Virus record (IMG/VR): IMGVR_UViG_3300028025_005543 | Location: 1 to 53,544 of that record | Strand: one strand, 5' to 3' | Source: a virus | Taxonomy: Duplodnaviria; Caudoviricetes | Length of the DNA: 53,544 nt | Shown: positions 28,471 through 37,406 of the stretch, one piece after another | Layout of the letters: each line of letters starts with the position of its first letter | How positions within the stretch are numbered: the stretch's first letter is position 1 | Translations under genes and position numbers: made by a program | The notes under the pieces: model-generated | What the model was told of the DNA's origin: nothing | Database searches by the model: none | What the model saw: the letters and a program-made list of their open reading frames with translations, nothing else

Positions 28471-30453
28471 CTATTTACCAAGCGAATCTCGTATTAGTTG
28501 ACCAGAATTTGACAGTTGTTCTACTCGTTGTTTGAATAACTTTGAGATGATTTCAACGTGTATTTTTTCTCCCTCAGAAAGTTTTCCGTCAGTTGATAAA
28601 CGTGTCCGGTACTGAGAAAGATTAAACTTTTTAGCACGAGCCAATAATTGCGAAATATACTTTCGCATCTGTGCTTGTTGGTCTGCTTTTAGTTGCTGGT
28701 AATACTTTGAGTATTCAGACATGATTGATTGACTGAGCAGCTCATCTACCTTCATCTTCTGTCTTTTTGAGATTTCAATATTGTCCAATGACATGAGCGA
28801 ACCAGAAACATTCATGGCTGACATTGGGACAACCCTGTCGCCCCTTCTCATTGCAATAACGGAATCAGGTGTTCTGACTCGCTGGTCAGTAACCAAGTCT
28901 GCAACTAGTAGTTTTGCCACATCTTCTGGGGAGAAGTCTTTCCATGAAGCATTCCTGTCAACAGTCGCTCCGAGCATTGCACTTTGAACATCTTCTCGAA
29001 GGTATTTTCTTCTGTCACCAGAACCAACCAAGAAAACGTCCGGTGATTCAAGTCCAAGGAATTGTTGAACATCTTCAGAGAATCTTTCTGAAAGTGCTTC
29101 ATATTTTCCAGGTCGTTTGTTATAGATATATTTGCGCGAACCCAAATCAATCATTGATGAATTTGCTGACAGTTTTGTCTCTTTGAAAAGTCCGTTAGTT
29201 GCTAGAACTTTTGCGAGAATTGCAGGGCTGATATCAGCCATATTCCCGCCACCGTTAATGTGGGCAATCGCTTCGTCAATGTTGGTAATTTTCCCAGAGA
29301 TACCTGCAAAAGTATCGGTTTCTCGTGTTGAAAGATTTTGGGTTCCAATTGGTTTCATTCTCTTTTTTGTAGAACCAAATGTTTCTTCAACCCATTTTTC
29401 ACGATTCTTGCCACCACGGAAAATAACTTGATGTGGATTTTTTATGTTAGGGAAATTTTCCGTGTATTTAATTCCGTCGCCAGTTTCATTTGCAACGTAC
29501 TTTAGTCTTGCTGTTGGGTCTAATGAAACATCAATAGAATTAGCCGTATTTACGGTTCTTCCAAGTTTTCTTCTTTCACCAACGGTTAACTCACGAACTT
29601 TTTGCAGAGAGAAAGTGTTCCCACCCGGTGTTACATAAAGTAATTGATTTACTCCAGTATTTGAAAGCAAACCAAGTTCATCTCTACCGAATTCGGTTTG
29701 ACCAAGTGCTGACTGAATGTAGGTTGCACCTTCCATGTCTCTGTTGTCTGGAATTGTCCGAAGAACAGAAGCAGGAACTACTGGTTGAAGTACGAATCCA
29801 TCTCGTCTCACCAATCTAAAGTTTCGTGTATCAACACCACCCAACTGTCTAACCATCTCGGCTACGCCTTTAGAACGAGCAGCCCCGTTTGCTGTTGAAA
29901 CTTTCGGAATTTGCACGTTTGGTGCACGACTAATTACAGGGCTATCAATATATTCACCTGGACCAAGAATTCTTCCTGAAGCTGGTTTCGCTTTAGGTCC
30001 TCTTGATGCCCGAGCCAATGCTCCTATTGCAAGACCAATTGGGCTTGGAATATCAAAAAGTTTTGCTCCACATGTTGAAAGGCGTGAGTCAGTAAATCTT
30101 CCACCGTACTGATATCCCTCTGGGCATCTATACCCACGATTTTCTCCCGGTCTAGAACCACCGACGCCAGGTTTTCCTGGAGTTAGTGTTCTGTAAACTG
30201 CAGAGCGAACAGGCGAACGGAATGGGTCAGAGTCCCCCGGAATTGCAAGACTAAGAAGCGTGTGTCCAAGTCTCTTTACCTGCATGCCACGCTGTCTTCT
30301 GCTGTAGCCAGTGACCATTGCTATGGCTTTAAACTCCCTTATTTCTGCCCTACCGAGAGTTTTGGTGCGAAGAATATTGTTGGGCGTTGATTCCGTGCTC
30401 TTTTTTAGAATTACACGAGTCTTCTTCGCTTGACCATCAGATTGATTCGTCAT
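28471..30453 (-). CDS. Head-module protein with RCPxG..FTD..STC motif and degenerate HipA/PI3K-like C-terminal domain
   Basis: GYRCPEGYQYGGRFTDSRLSTC; SERFSEDVQQFLGLESPDV...ADLVTDQRVRTPDSV. Confidence 0.6.
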   Translation of the reverse strand: MTNQSDGQAKKTRVILKKSTESTPNNILRTKTLGRAEIREFKAIAMVTGYSRRQRGMQVKRLGHTLLSLAIPGDSDPFRSPVRSAVYRTLTPGKPGVGGSRPGENRGYRCPEGYQYGGRFTDSRLSTCGAKLFDIPSPIGLAIGALARASRGPKAKPASGRILGPGEYIDSPVISRAPNVQIPKVSTANGAARSKGVAEMVRQLGGVDTRNFRLVRRDGFVLQPVVPASVLRTIPDNRDMEGATYIQSALGQTEFGRDELGLLSNTGVNQLLYVTPGGNTFSLQKVRELTVGERRKLGRTVNTANSIDVSLDPTARLKYVANETGDGIKYTENFPNIKNPHQVIFRGGKNREKWVEETFGSTKKRMKPIGTQNLSTRETDTFAGISGKITNIDEAIAHINGGGNMADISPAILAKVLATNGLFKETKLSANSSMIDLGSRKYIYNKRPGKYEALSERFSEDVQQFLGLESPDVFLVGSGDRRKYLREDVQSAMLGATVDRNASWKDFSPEDVAKLLVADLVTDQRVRTPDSVIAMRRGDRVVPMSAMNVSGSLMSLDNIEISKRQKMKVDELLSQSIMSEYSKYYQQLKADQQAQMRKYISQLLARAKKFNLSQYRTRLSTDGKLSEGEKIHVEIISKLFKQRVEQLSNSGQLIRDSLGK

Positions 30454-31069
30454 CGTTATCAAGCAATCCGTCTAGTCCGCCACAACAATCATTATCACTT
30501 GATGCTGGGAATGGAATTGATTTTTCTCCCATTCCAGCAATTGGGTCACCAACGATTTCCCAGTTGTCATGATTTCTTAAATACTCTGTAAAGTCTGGTT
30601 CCATTTCACAGAATTCCTTGAGCGCCTTTGTGGCCATTCTGTAATCGTCACCAGTAACAATGCTGTCTTCAACTGGTGGCATTCCTTTAAACTCTGCAAA
30701 AAATACATCATCAGATTTTTTACCACTAAGACGTCTGGAAAAATCTGCATCACTCCAGTTATTCTTCTTGAGTTTTCCTCTGCAGTTCTTCATACCTGGA
30801 TGGTGACATCCTTCATTTGGCCATAATCCAGTTGTCTCATGATGGAGCCATGCACAGATTCTTTCAAGTGGGTACAATTCTGGGTGGTCTGCAAGAATCA
30901 CGCGGCATCGACGGAATCCACCTGGCTTACGCATAATTGGTCGCCAGTAACGCAGAAGCCTCTCAAGATTTCCACGGCGGGGACCATAACCACGGGTACG
31001 TGCAGTTACGATTTCTTGCGGAACCAAGCCACCTAGCGGCCCACCAGCCTTTACCTCAAAATCCGACAT
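30437..31069 (-). CDS. Head-module protein with a Cys/His motif of actinophage capsid-maturation-associated type
   Basis: GNLERLLRYW...PGGFRRC...ICAWLHHETTGLWP. Confidence 0.65.
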   Translation of the reverse strand: MSDFEVKAGGPLGGLVPQEIVTARTRGYGPRRGNLERLLRYWRPIMRKPGGFRRCRVILADHPELYPLERICAWLHHETTGLWPNEGCHHPGMKNCRGKLKKNNWSDADFSRRLSGKKSDDVFFAEFKGMPPVEDSIVTGDDYRMATKALKEFCEMEPDFTEYLRNHDNWEIVGDPIAGMGEKSIPFPASSDNDCCGGLDGLLDNDDESI

Positions 31070-31468
31070 TTATTGCCTCTCGTTCATTTGCATCATTAAT
31101 ATTGCCACCTTTGTCTGCATCTCCATTGCACCACTTGGGTTCTTGGCTTTTGCAGGTCCAACCTGAATGGTCTGAATTGGTGTATCGCCGAGCATTTCTT
31201 GGCTGAAAGGGATTTTTCTATTTACAAAAACATCAACCCAGGTTCCATCATCATTTGACTCATCTTGATTCCAAAGGGTTTGTTGGAACTCGTTTTCCTG
31301 CAATTGCTCCAAATCCCTCGCAGAACTAACCCAACTCCAAAATGGAACAGGGAACTTCTTCCCCGTCTTTGATACGACCAGACCAGTATTTTCTTTTGGG
31401 GTATTTTCGTCAACTACAAAATATACGGAATCACCATTGCCTGTTCTGCCAACGAGTATGCAGTTCAT
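31070..31468 (-). CDS. Hypothetical protein
   Basis: 132-aa ORF coupled to both neighbours. Confidence 0.7.
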   Translation of the reverse strand: MNCILVGRTGNGDSVYFVVDENTPKENTGLVVSKTGKKFPVPFWSWVSSARDLEQLQENEFQQTLWNQDESNDDGTWVDVFVNRKIPFSQEMLGDTPIQTIQVGPAKAKNPSGAMEMQTKVAILMMQMNERQ

Positions 31469-34400
31469 ATCTTTATCTCAGCAAGTTCGTTTCTGGTCTT
31501 CTGTATCTTCTTCAATGCCGCCTTTAGTTCGTTATCAATCTCTGCTTGGATTCTTTCCTTAAGAACATCCTCGACATCTCCCTCGTCATTGTTGGTGATT
31601 GAGTATGACCTTGGTGAAAGCATGTCTAATCCGTGTTTATGGGCGAACTGAACTTCGGGAATGCCCATTTTCTTGTACTTATCGCTAATTTCCTGACTCT
31701 TCCTATATGCCCTTAATTGTTGCATTGCTGATGTATTGATTGAGCCAAGAGAGTTCCCATTGAGTGAGTAGAAGTACTGAATTTCTTCAGGTGAAAAACC
31801 AAGGCGCGAGAGTTTCTCTGAAATTGGCTCTTGTTCAATGGCGTCTGAAATGTCAACATCTTTTGATGCCTCTTGAATCTTGCTCCATGGATGAACAACA
31901 GCAGAAATTTCTTCTTTTTTGAAACCACCCATAATGTGTGCACCGAGTGGTTGCTGACCAGACAGGTCTGATTTAAAACTGTCAAGTTTTGACTCGTAAT
32001 CTGAATTAAGTTTTGATGGCTTGATTGACTTGGAGTTCATAAACGAGGCAATATCGTTATCGTCTGCAACAATCATTGCATTAGCAAATCGAGTCTTGTA
32101 GTTATCGCTTGTGGGGTGTAGCAGAGCATCCATGATGTCATCTGGGTCATCTGAGTTCATCCACACTGGTCTGGTCTGTTGTTCTGGACCACGACCAAAT
32201 CCATATGCAGTTCTTCCAGAAACCTCTGGGCGAAGAATAATTTCAATGTCTCCATCAACACCAACATTTCCCATTGGCGTATCTTCTGATTCGTACTCAA
32301 ATGGCATATCGCCAGCAACAATGCCCTTTTTCTTCAGTGCGTCTACCGTCATGTCTCTCTGTGATTTATGAACAACATAACCAGAAACAGGTCTATCGCT
32401 ATCTGGGGTGTCTGGGTGAATTCCAATCCGTGATTGATATTCAACTGCATACTTTTTTGCAGAACCAGTTTGACCGAACGAGTAGTAACCAGGTTTCCTG
32501 TCAAAATCCATATCCTTCAATGCTTCTTGAATTTGTTCTGGCGTCAATCCAGATGGTGTTGGATTTGGTTTTTCTGTTTCAGTTAGTTTTAAAGCATCCC
32601 TGATTTGTTCTGGGGTTAAGTCAGTCAGTCCATACTTCCTCTTATTATCGGGATTACCAGACCCATCAATAGGCTGTACGCGTGGAAACGACATATCCAT
32701 CATTGAGTCAATGTCTAATTCACTCATTCGCAAACGTGGTCGTCGGTCAATTGAGTCGTGGATATCAAAAACAACCCCTTCAAGTTGTTCTTGAATCTCT
32801 TGTGGTGTCATTGATGAAATCATTTCCGCTAGTTCTGGATTGTCTGGAAAACCACCTGCCGAGATGTCACTAATCACCTCATTGAGCATGATGTCTCTAT
32901 CAATTCTTCGTTCAATTGGGGTTGAAGCAACACCAAAAGCGTTGTCGTAACCAGCAGTAGATGCATCTGATTGCGATGCAAGCCCATCTACATAATCCCT
33001 ATTTGGTTTTGTTGGTCTTCCACCATTACGACGGAGCCTGTCTACAACATCTTCATTGTTCCTTCTGATTTCCCTAGCAAGAACCGGACCACTTCTTCCA
33101 TCTGGTAGCACTTCTCCACCACCAGCGCGCACTTTCTCGTTGTGATTGTCAACTAGTTTTTGTGCATTTGCTTTTTCTCTTCGTAAAATTCCGTCCTCAA
33201 GTTTTGAGTTCCCCTTAGTTGGCCAATTATCAACCATTCTCTGCAAAGATTCACTGCTGGACTCTTGGTCAACTAACCGTGCGGTAATGCGACCATCGGC
33301 ATCAGTTCCCGTTATGAAAATTCTTCCAGGTGGCAACATGACTCGACCAAATTTTCCTGCTTCATCTACAGAGGAATCAAATGGGTCTGATGGAACAAAT
33401 ATTCCACTAGCGTCTGGGCCGAGTTCAATAGCGATTGTTCCAGGTGGTAAACCGAGCTCATCGTGTTCTAATTGAAAACTTCTAAGTTCTGGAATTGAAA
33501 GCATCTCGCCGGGATTGGCTGTTGACTTGGGCTGAAATCTTACAACAAGATTTGAAGGGAGTTTGCTCTTCTCTAGTGCTGTCAATGTCGGAATTAGGGT
33601 GTGTTCAATTTGTTCTGCAACAGAGCCTTCGTGAATATCAAACTTATCTGGTAGTTCGCCGATTCTTCTTAGTCGCTTATGGTCACGGTGTATGGCGAGG
33701 ATTTCTTGAGTTGGGTCTCCATCAAGAAGGGATGCGACACGAGTTGTTGCTGGGTCGCCAATCCTCTCAATGGCTCCACCCTCCTGTTCGTTGAGTTTTT
33801 CAATCTGTTTTCTTCGTGTAGATTTACCGAATGAATCAGAGTCTTTCTTTGAGGTAAACACTCGTGGTGGTTTTCTAGGCTTAGGTGGTTTTCCGCCATC
33901 TTCTGGCTCAATTGGATAATCAGGTCTGTCCCCATCCATTAATGGCTTTGACATTTCTTTTGCGACAAGAGCCATTTGACGCTTACGCGTGTTTGCACGA
34001 TGAGTTGCATCTTTTGCTTTAGCTGTTTTGTCCATCCACTCAAGGGCTGCATCAATATCATCACCCTCAAGGATTCCCATGTCACGAAGTGCATACAGTT
34101 CAGCAGATAGTTCTATTGCCCACAGTTGCGACATGCCTTCGGCCCTGTATAGGTCAAGTGGGTATTTACCACCAAGTATTGCTACTGCTTCCATTGATTC
34201 ACGGGTTACACCTAAATCAACAAAATCAATTCCATCGCCCAAATCAATCATACTGTCAACGATTTGACCACTTGTTAATTCATTAAGTTCTTTATTAGAG
34301 TACTTCGCCATCATCAATTTTTTCCATCGCATCATTTGAATAACATGACCGATTTCGTGGGCAGCAGTATGTACGCCTTTGCCTTTTCTGCCATCAACGG

Positions 34401-35907
34401 CAATGGCCGCTGCCATACCACCAGCAAACATCTCTTGACTTGCAACAAAGTCGGCTATAGCAGCCGCTCTTTCTTCTTCGGTGCGAGCGCCAGTTACATT
34501 AATTCCAAGTCTTTGACCCTTTTTCACTTCTGGAACCTGAGAGGCTGCGTTCAGGGTCATTTTACCAATGTCAAAATTTATATAAAATTTAGTATCGGCT
34601 AATTTTGACCCGCCCAATGGTCCAGCCATCGCCTCTTCATTTCCTCTAAGCGGATATTTTTTGAGGTCGTTAGATAATATGCCAGAAAATCTAACTTCAG
34701 AAATTTCTCTTGCTACATGTGGGTCACGAAGGTATGTTTCAAGAAGCCTTGTTAGAACTCCACGTTCTACTGCAAGTGCTGTTTCTGGAGTTAGACCTCG
34801 TGCTTTTGCGGCTTCAAGTTCTTCTTCTGACAGTGTTGCAAAATATCTTTTAAAGTCAAGACTTTGATTGGATAAATCAATATCCCACAAACCCATCTGT
34901 TTAAGTTTTGCAAAAGCAAGAAAAAGATGTTCGTTTTGTGCTCGTTGTTCTGGCGTTACTTCAATCCCCAGTTCTGAAACAAGATTGTCTACAGCGTCTT
35001 CCATCTCGACCATGCGAGCCTGACCGCGTGTACGAGCATTCTTCAACCATCTTGCTTTAGGTCGCTCTAATTGCTCTCTGTATCTGTTGGCCGATGTTAA
35101 AGAAGAGCCAGACCTATCACGAATGAACCTACTGCCAAAACCAGTTGCTCTTTGATGCCCCCACCATTCAGCAATTGAATCAAGACCTTGTTGTGCTAGT
35201 TCACGTATTTGAGCCGCGGAAATAGCGAAGCATGTGCTTCCAAATTTGTCGGTAAACTGATTGGCTTGAGGAGTGCCCGGTGGGCACCGGAATTTTCCCA
35301 AGTCGTCCACCACCACCTTAAATTGCTTAGCTGCTCTTTGTGCAAGACCACCAGCAGGATTCATTTGGCGAATTGAGCGACCAATTGATTTTACTGATTC
35401 AGCATTTTGTTCAGCAACTTCACGTTCGCTTAGTTTTCTTGTTGGTTCTCCATCTTTGTCAACCTCGTACACATCGAGGGTGACTTGTGGTTCCTTCATT
35501 AGCTGTTGAATTGCTTCTTTAAATGTATTTGCTGTAGGCGGTGCTGGTTCTTCAACCCAACCAAAGTTGGCATGTTTATCCAAGCCTTTGCGAACATTCA
35601 TTGGAGGGAATAGGCGGAGTTCCATGCCAGGACCGCCCTTTGCGGAAGGGTCGTATCTCCATCCGTCAATATTCTTAATTCCCGGAAGTTCTTTTTCTTC
35701 CTTCTTTGGTGCTTTATCTTGTTCGCTCTGAGCAACAGTCTTGCCAATCCCCTTGACCATTATTTCGTCACTATTAGAGATTGACTTTGTTGACAGTTCA
35801 AGCCCATCCATGAAATCAGCAACGGCTTCTTCCAGCCTGTTTTGGTCGTGCCCAATTACACGTCTAGAGGTGATGAACCTATTCTTTGGTTGTTCGTTGC
35901 TGTCCAT
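31465..35907 (-). CDS. 1480-aa multidomain head-module protein (zincin-like and ADP-ribosyltransferase-like domains)
   Basis: RCPPG..FTD..STC; AAHEIGH...ELSAE; KSKLPSNLVVR...RVMLPPG; DRPVSGYV...GDIEIILRPEVSGRTAY. Confidence 0.7.
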   Translation of the reverse strand: MDSNEQPKNRFITSRRVIGHDQNRLEEAVADFMDGLELSTKSISNSDEIMVKGIGKTVAQSEQDKAPKKEEKELPGIKNIDGWRYDPSAKGGPGMELRLFPPMNVRKGLDKHANFGWVEEPAPPTANTFKEAIQQLMKEPQVTLDVYEVDKDGEPTRKLSEREVAEQNAESVKSIGRSIRQMNPAGGLAQRAAKQFKVVVDDLGKFRCPPGTPQANQFTDKFGSTCFAISAAQIRELAQQGLDSIAEWWGHQRATGFGSRFIRDRSGSSLTSANRYREQLERPKARWLKNARTRGQARMVEMEDAVDNLVSELGIEVTPEQRAQNEHLFLAFAKLKQMGLWDIDLSNQSLDFKRYFATLSEEELEAAKARGLTPETALAVERGVLTRLLETYLRDPHVAREISEVRFSGILSNDLKKYPLRGNEEAMAGPLGGSKLADTKFYINFDIGKMTLNAASQVPEVKKGQRLGINVTGARTEEERAAAIADFVASQEMFAGGMAAAIAVDGRKGKGVHTAAHEIGHVIQMMRWKKLMMAKYSNKELNELTSGQIVDSMIDLGDGIDFVDLGVTRESMEAVAILGGKYPLDLYRAEGMSQLWAIELSAELYALRDMGILEGDDIDAALEWMDKTAKAKDATHRANTRKRQMALVAKEMSKPLMDGDRPDYPIEPEDGGKPPKPRKPPRVFTSKKDSDSFGKSTRRKQIEKLNEQEGGAIERIGDPATTRVASLLDGDPTQEILAIHRDHKRLRRIGELPDKFDIHEGSVAEQIEHTLIPTLTALEKSKLPSNLVVRFQPKSTANPGEMLSIPELRSFQLEHDELGLPPGTIAIELGPDASGIFVPSDPFDSSVDEAGKFGRVMLPPGRIFITGTDADGRITARLVDQESSSESLQRMVDNWPTKGNSKLEDGILRREKANAQKLVDNHNEKVRAGGGEVLPDGRSGPVLAREIRRNNEDVVDRLRRNGGRPTKPNRDYVDGLASQSDASTAGYDNAFGVASTPIERRIDRDIMLNEVISDISAGGFPDNPELAEMISSMTPQEIQEQLEGVVFDIHDSIDRRPRLRMSELDIDSMMDMSFPRVQPIDGSGNPDNKRKYGLTDLTPEQIRDALKLTETEKPNPTPSGLTPEQIQEALKDMDFDRKPGYYSFGQTGSAKKYAVEYQSRIGIHPDTPDSDRPVSGYVVHKSQRDMTVDALKKKGIVAGDMPFEYESEDTPMGNVGVDGDIEIILRPEVSGRTAYGFGRGPEQQTRPVWMNSDDPDDIMDALLHPTSDNYKTRFANAMIVADDNDIASFMNSKSIKPSKLNSDYESKLDSFKSDLSGQQPLGAHIMGGFKKEEISAVVHPWSKIQEASKDVDISDAIEQEPISEKLSRLGFSPEEIQYFYSLNGNSLGSINTSAMQQLRAYRKSQEISDKYKKMGIPEVQFAHKHGLDMLSPRSYSITNNDEGDVEDVLKERIQAEIDNELKAALKKIQKTRNELAEIKI

Positions 35908-35920
35908 AGGACTCGCCTAA

Positions 35921-37330
35921 TTAGATGTCTTGTGATTCGTCGCTAAGAAGTTGAAACTCCAGCAAAGAGCGCTTGAAATCTTCATCCTCAATGTTTGCTG
36001 ATTCATCTTTTTGACCCATTACCCAGTTTGAAGGAATTAGTTTTTCAAGACCCAGTGCTCGTGCTCGTTTCATGATGTGACGCTTTGCTGCTTCTTTGTC
36101 TTTTGCTCTTCCAAATGCTTGAATAGCATTCTTCAAGTCTGATTCAGTCTTGATTGGATACGAGCCATCAGGAAGAGCCATACCGCTTTCAGCAAGTTCT
36201 TGTCTGCTCTCTTCAGAGAATGCTCGTTTTAGTGCAATTTCGGCAGCCTCAGCCTCAATCTCTTCCGCTTCTTCCTTGGGGTAGCGGTCATGACCAAGAA
36301 CTTCGCCATCAAGAGAAACGAAAACATCATAAGAGTATCCATCAAGCGCTTCAACTTCAACTGCATAGGTATCTACTCCCTCAAACCAATCTGGCTCAAT
36401 AGCGACAACTTCTCCCGGAACTGACTTGGTTGCAATGTCTCCAGCCTCATCAAATGTAATAAGCATTAATTCATCTGACTTGGTTTGAATATTTCCATAA
36501 CTATCAGTCAATCTATGACCGTGGATAATTCCAGTAGTTCCATTGATGAACACATCAAATGTTCGACCATCTTTGCGTTGAATGCTCACTGCATACATGT
36601 CAGCTTTTGCTACATAACCAGAATCTACAACCTCGCCTTTGACAAGAGTTTGTGCATAGCCTTCTGCATGTAGAAGAGTCATTTGACCTTTTGTACCCAT
36701 GCAGCCACCTGGGCATGTTGCACATGCTGGAGTTCCACCTGGATACACCTTCGCATCCATTGCGCACTTGTATCCGCCTGCACCAGCATCCATTGCCTTG
36801 ATTCCCATTTGGTTCAGACGTGCTTGTCGGAATTTTTGCATCATTCCAACTTCTTCATCTTCTAGGATGTCTTCATCCTCTTCGTCCTCTTCGTCTTCTT
36901 CGTCCTCGTTTGCCATCTCGCCTTCAGCATTTTCCTCTGCAGCGAGTTCTCCTTCTGAAAGATTCTCTTCTTCGGACTCTTCCTCTTCTTCGTCCTCTTC
37001 CTCGTATGGAACTTCAGCAGTTTCATCGTCTTCGGTCATTGCGTCTTCCATTGCGCGAGGACGTGGCTTCTTCTTTTTCTTATCGTCTTCTTCTTCCATT
37101 GAAGCCATTGCTTCATCAGCTGCTTTTTCGTTCAATGCTTTTTGGAGCATCTCGTACTCTTCGGCACGGAGAACTTTCATTTCAATGGGCAATGCTCCGC
37201 ACTTACCGCAAACTGGCGCTCCTGCGCTGTATCCACAATCTGCAGTTCCAAGTCCCTTGGCGCACTTAAGGACATTGCCCTCTGCATCAATGCTGACACC
37301 GGCTACTTGATTTGGGCTATTTGAGTCCAT
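35921..37330 (-). CDS. Head-module protein: Cys clusters, acidic tract, two PepSY-like repeats, DUF6582-like domain
   Basis: CGKCG and CATCPGGC; FDEAGDIA..VPGEVVAIE...YAVEV...DVFVSLDGEVLG; ALPDGSYPI...DLKNAIQAFGRA. Confidence 0.7.
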   Translation of the reverse strand: MDSNSPNQVAGVSIDAEGNVLKCAKGLGTADCGYSAGAPVCGKCGALPIEMKVLRAEEYEMLQKALNEKAADEAMASMEEEDDKKKKKPRPRAMEDAMTEDDETAEVPYEEEDEEEEESEEENLSEGELAAEENAEGEMANEDEEDEEDEEDEDILEDEEVGMMQKFRQARLNQMGIKAMDAGAGGYKCAMDAKVYPGGTPACATCPGGCMGTKGQMTLLHAEGYAQTLVKGEVVDSGYVAKADMYAVSIQRKDGRTFDVFINGTTGIIHGHRLTDSYGNIQTKSDELMLITFDEAGDIATKSVPGEVVAIEPDWFEGVDTYAVEVEALDGYSYDVFVSLDGEVLGHDRYPKEEAEEIEAEAAEIALKRAFSEESRQELAESGMALPDGSYPIKTESDLKNAIQAFGRAKDKEAAKRHIMKRARALGLEKLIPSNWVMGQKDESANIEDEDFKRSLLEFQLLSDESQDI

Positions 37331-37406
37331 GAAACCAATCCTTTTGGAAAACTAATTTATAACACACTAGTATAACTCACTCATTTATAGTGGATTAATG
37401 AAATTG

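Noticed and set aside
36699-37310. Long plus-strand Ser-rich ORFs, also 8701..9168, 9992..10717, 45370..46110 and 50705..51385
   Set aside because: Antisense shadows of the acidic or low-complexity minus-strand genes
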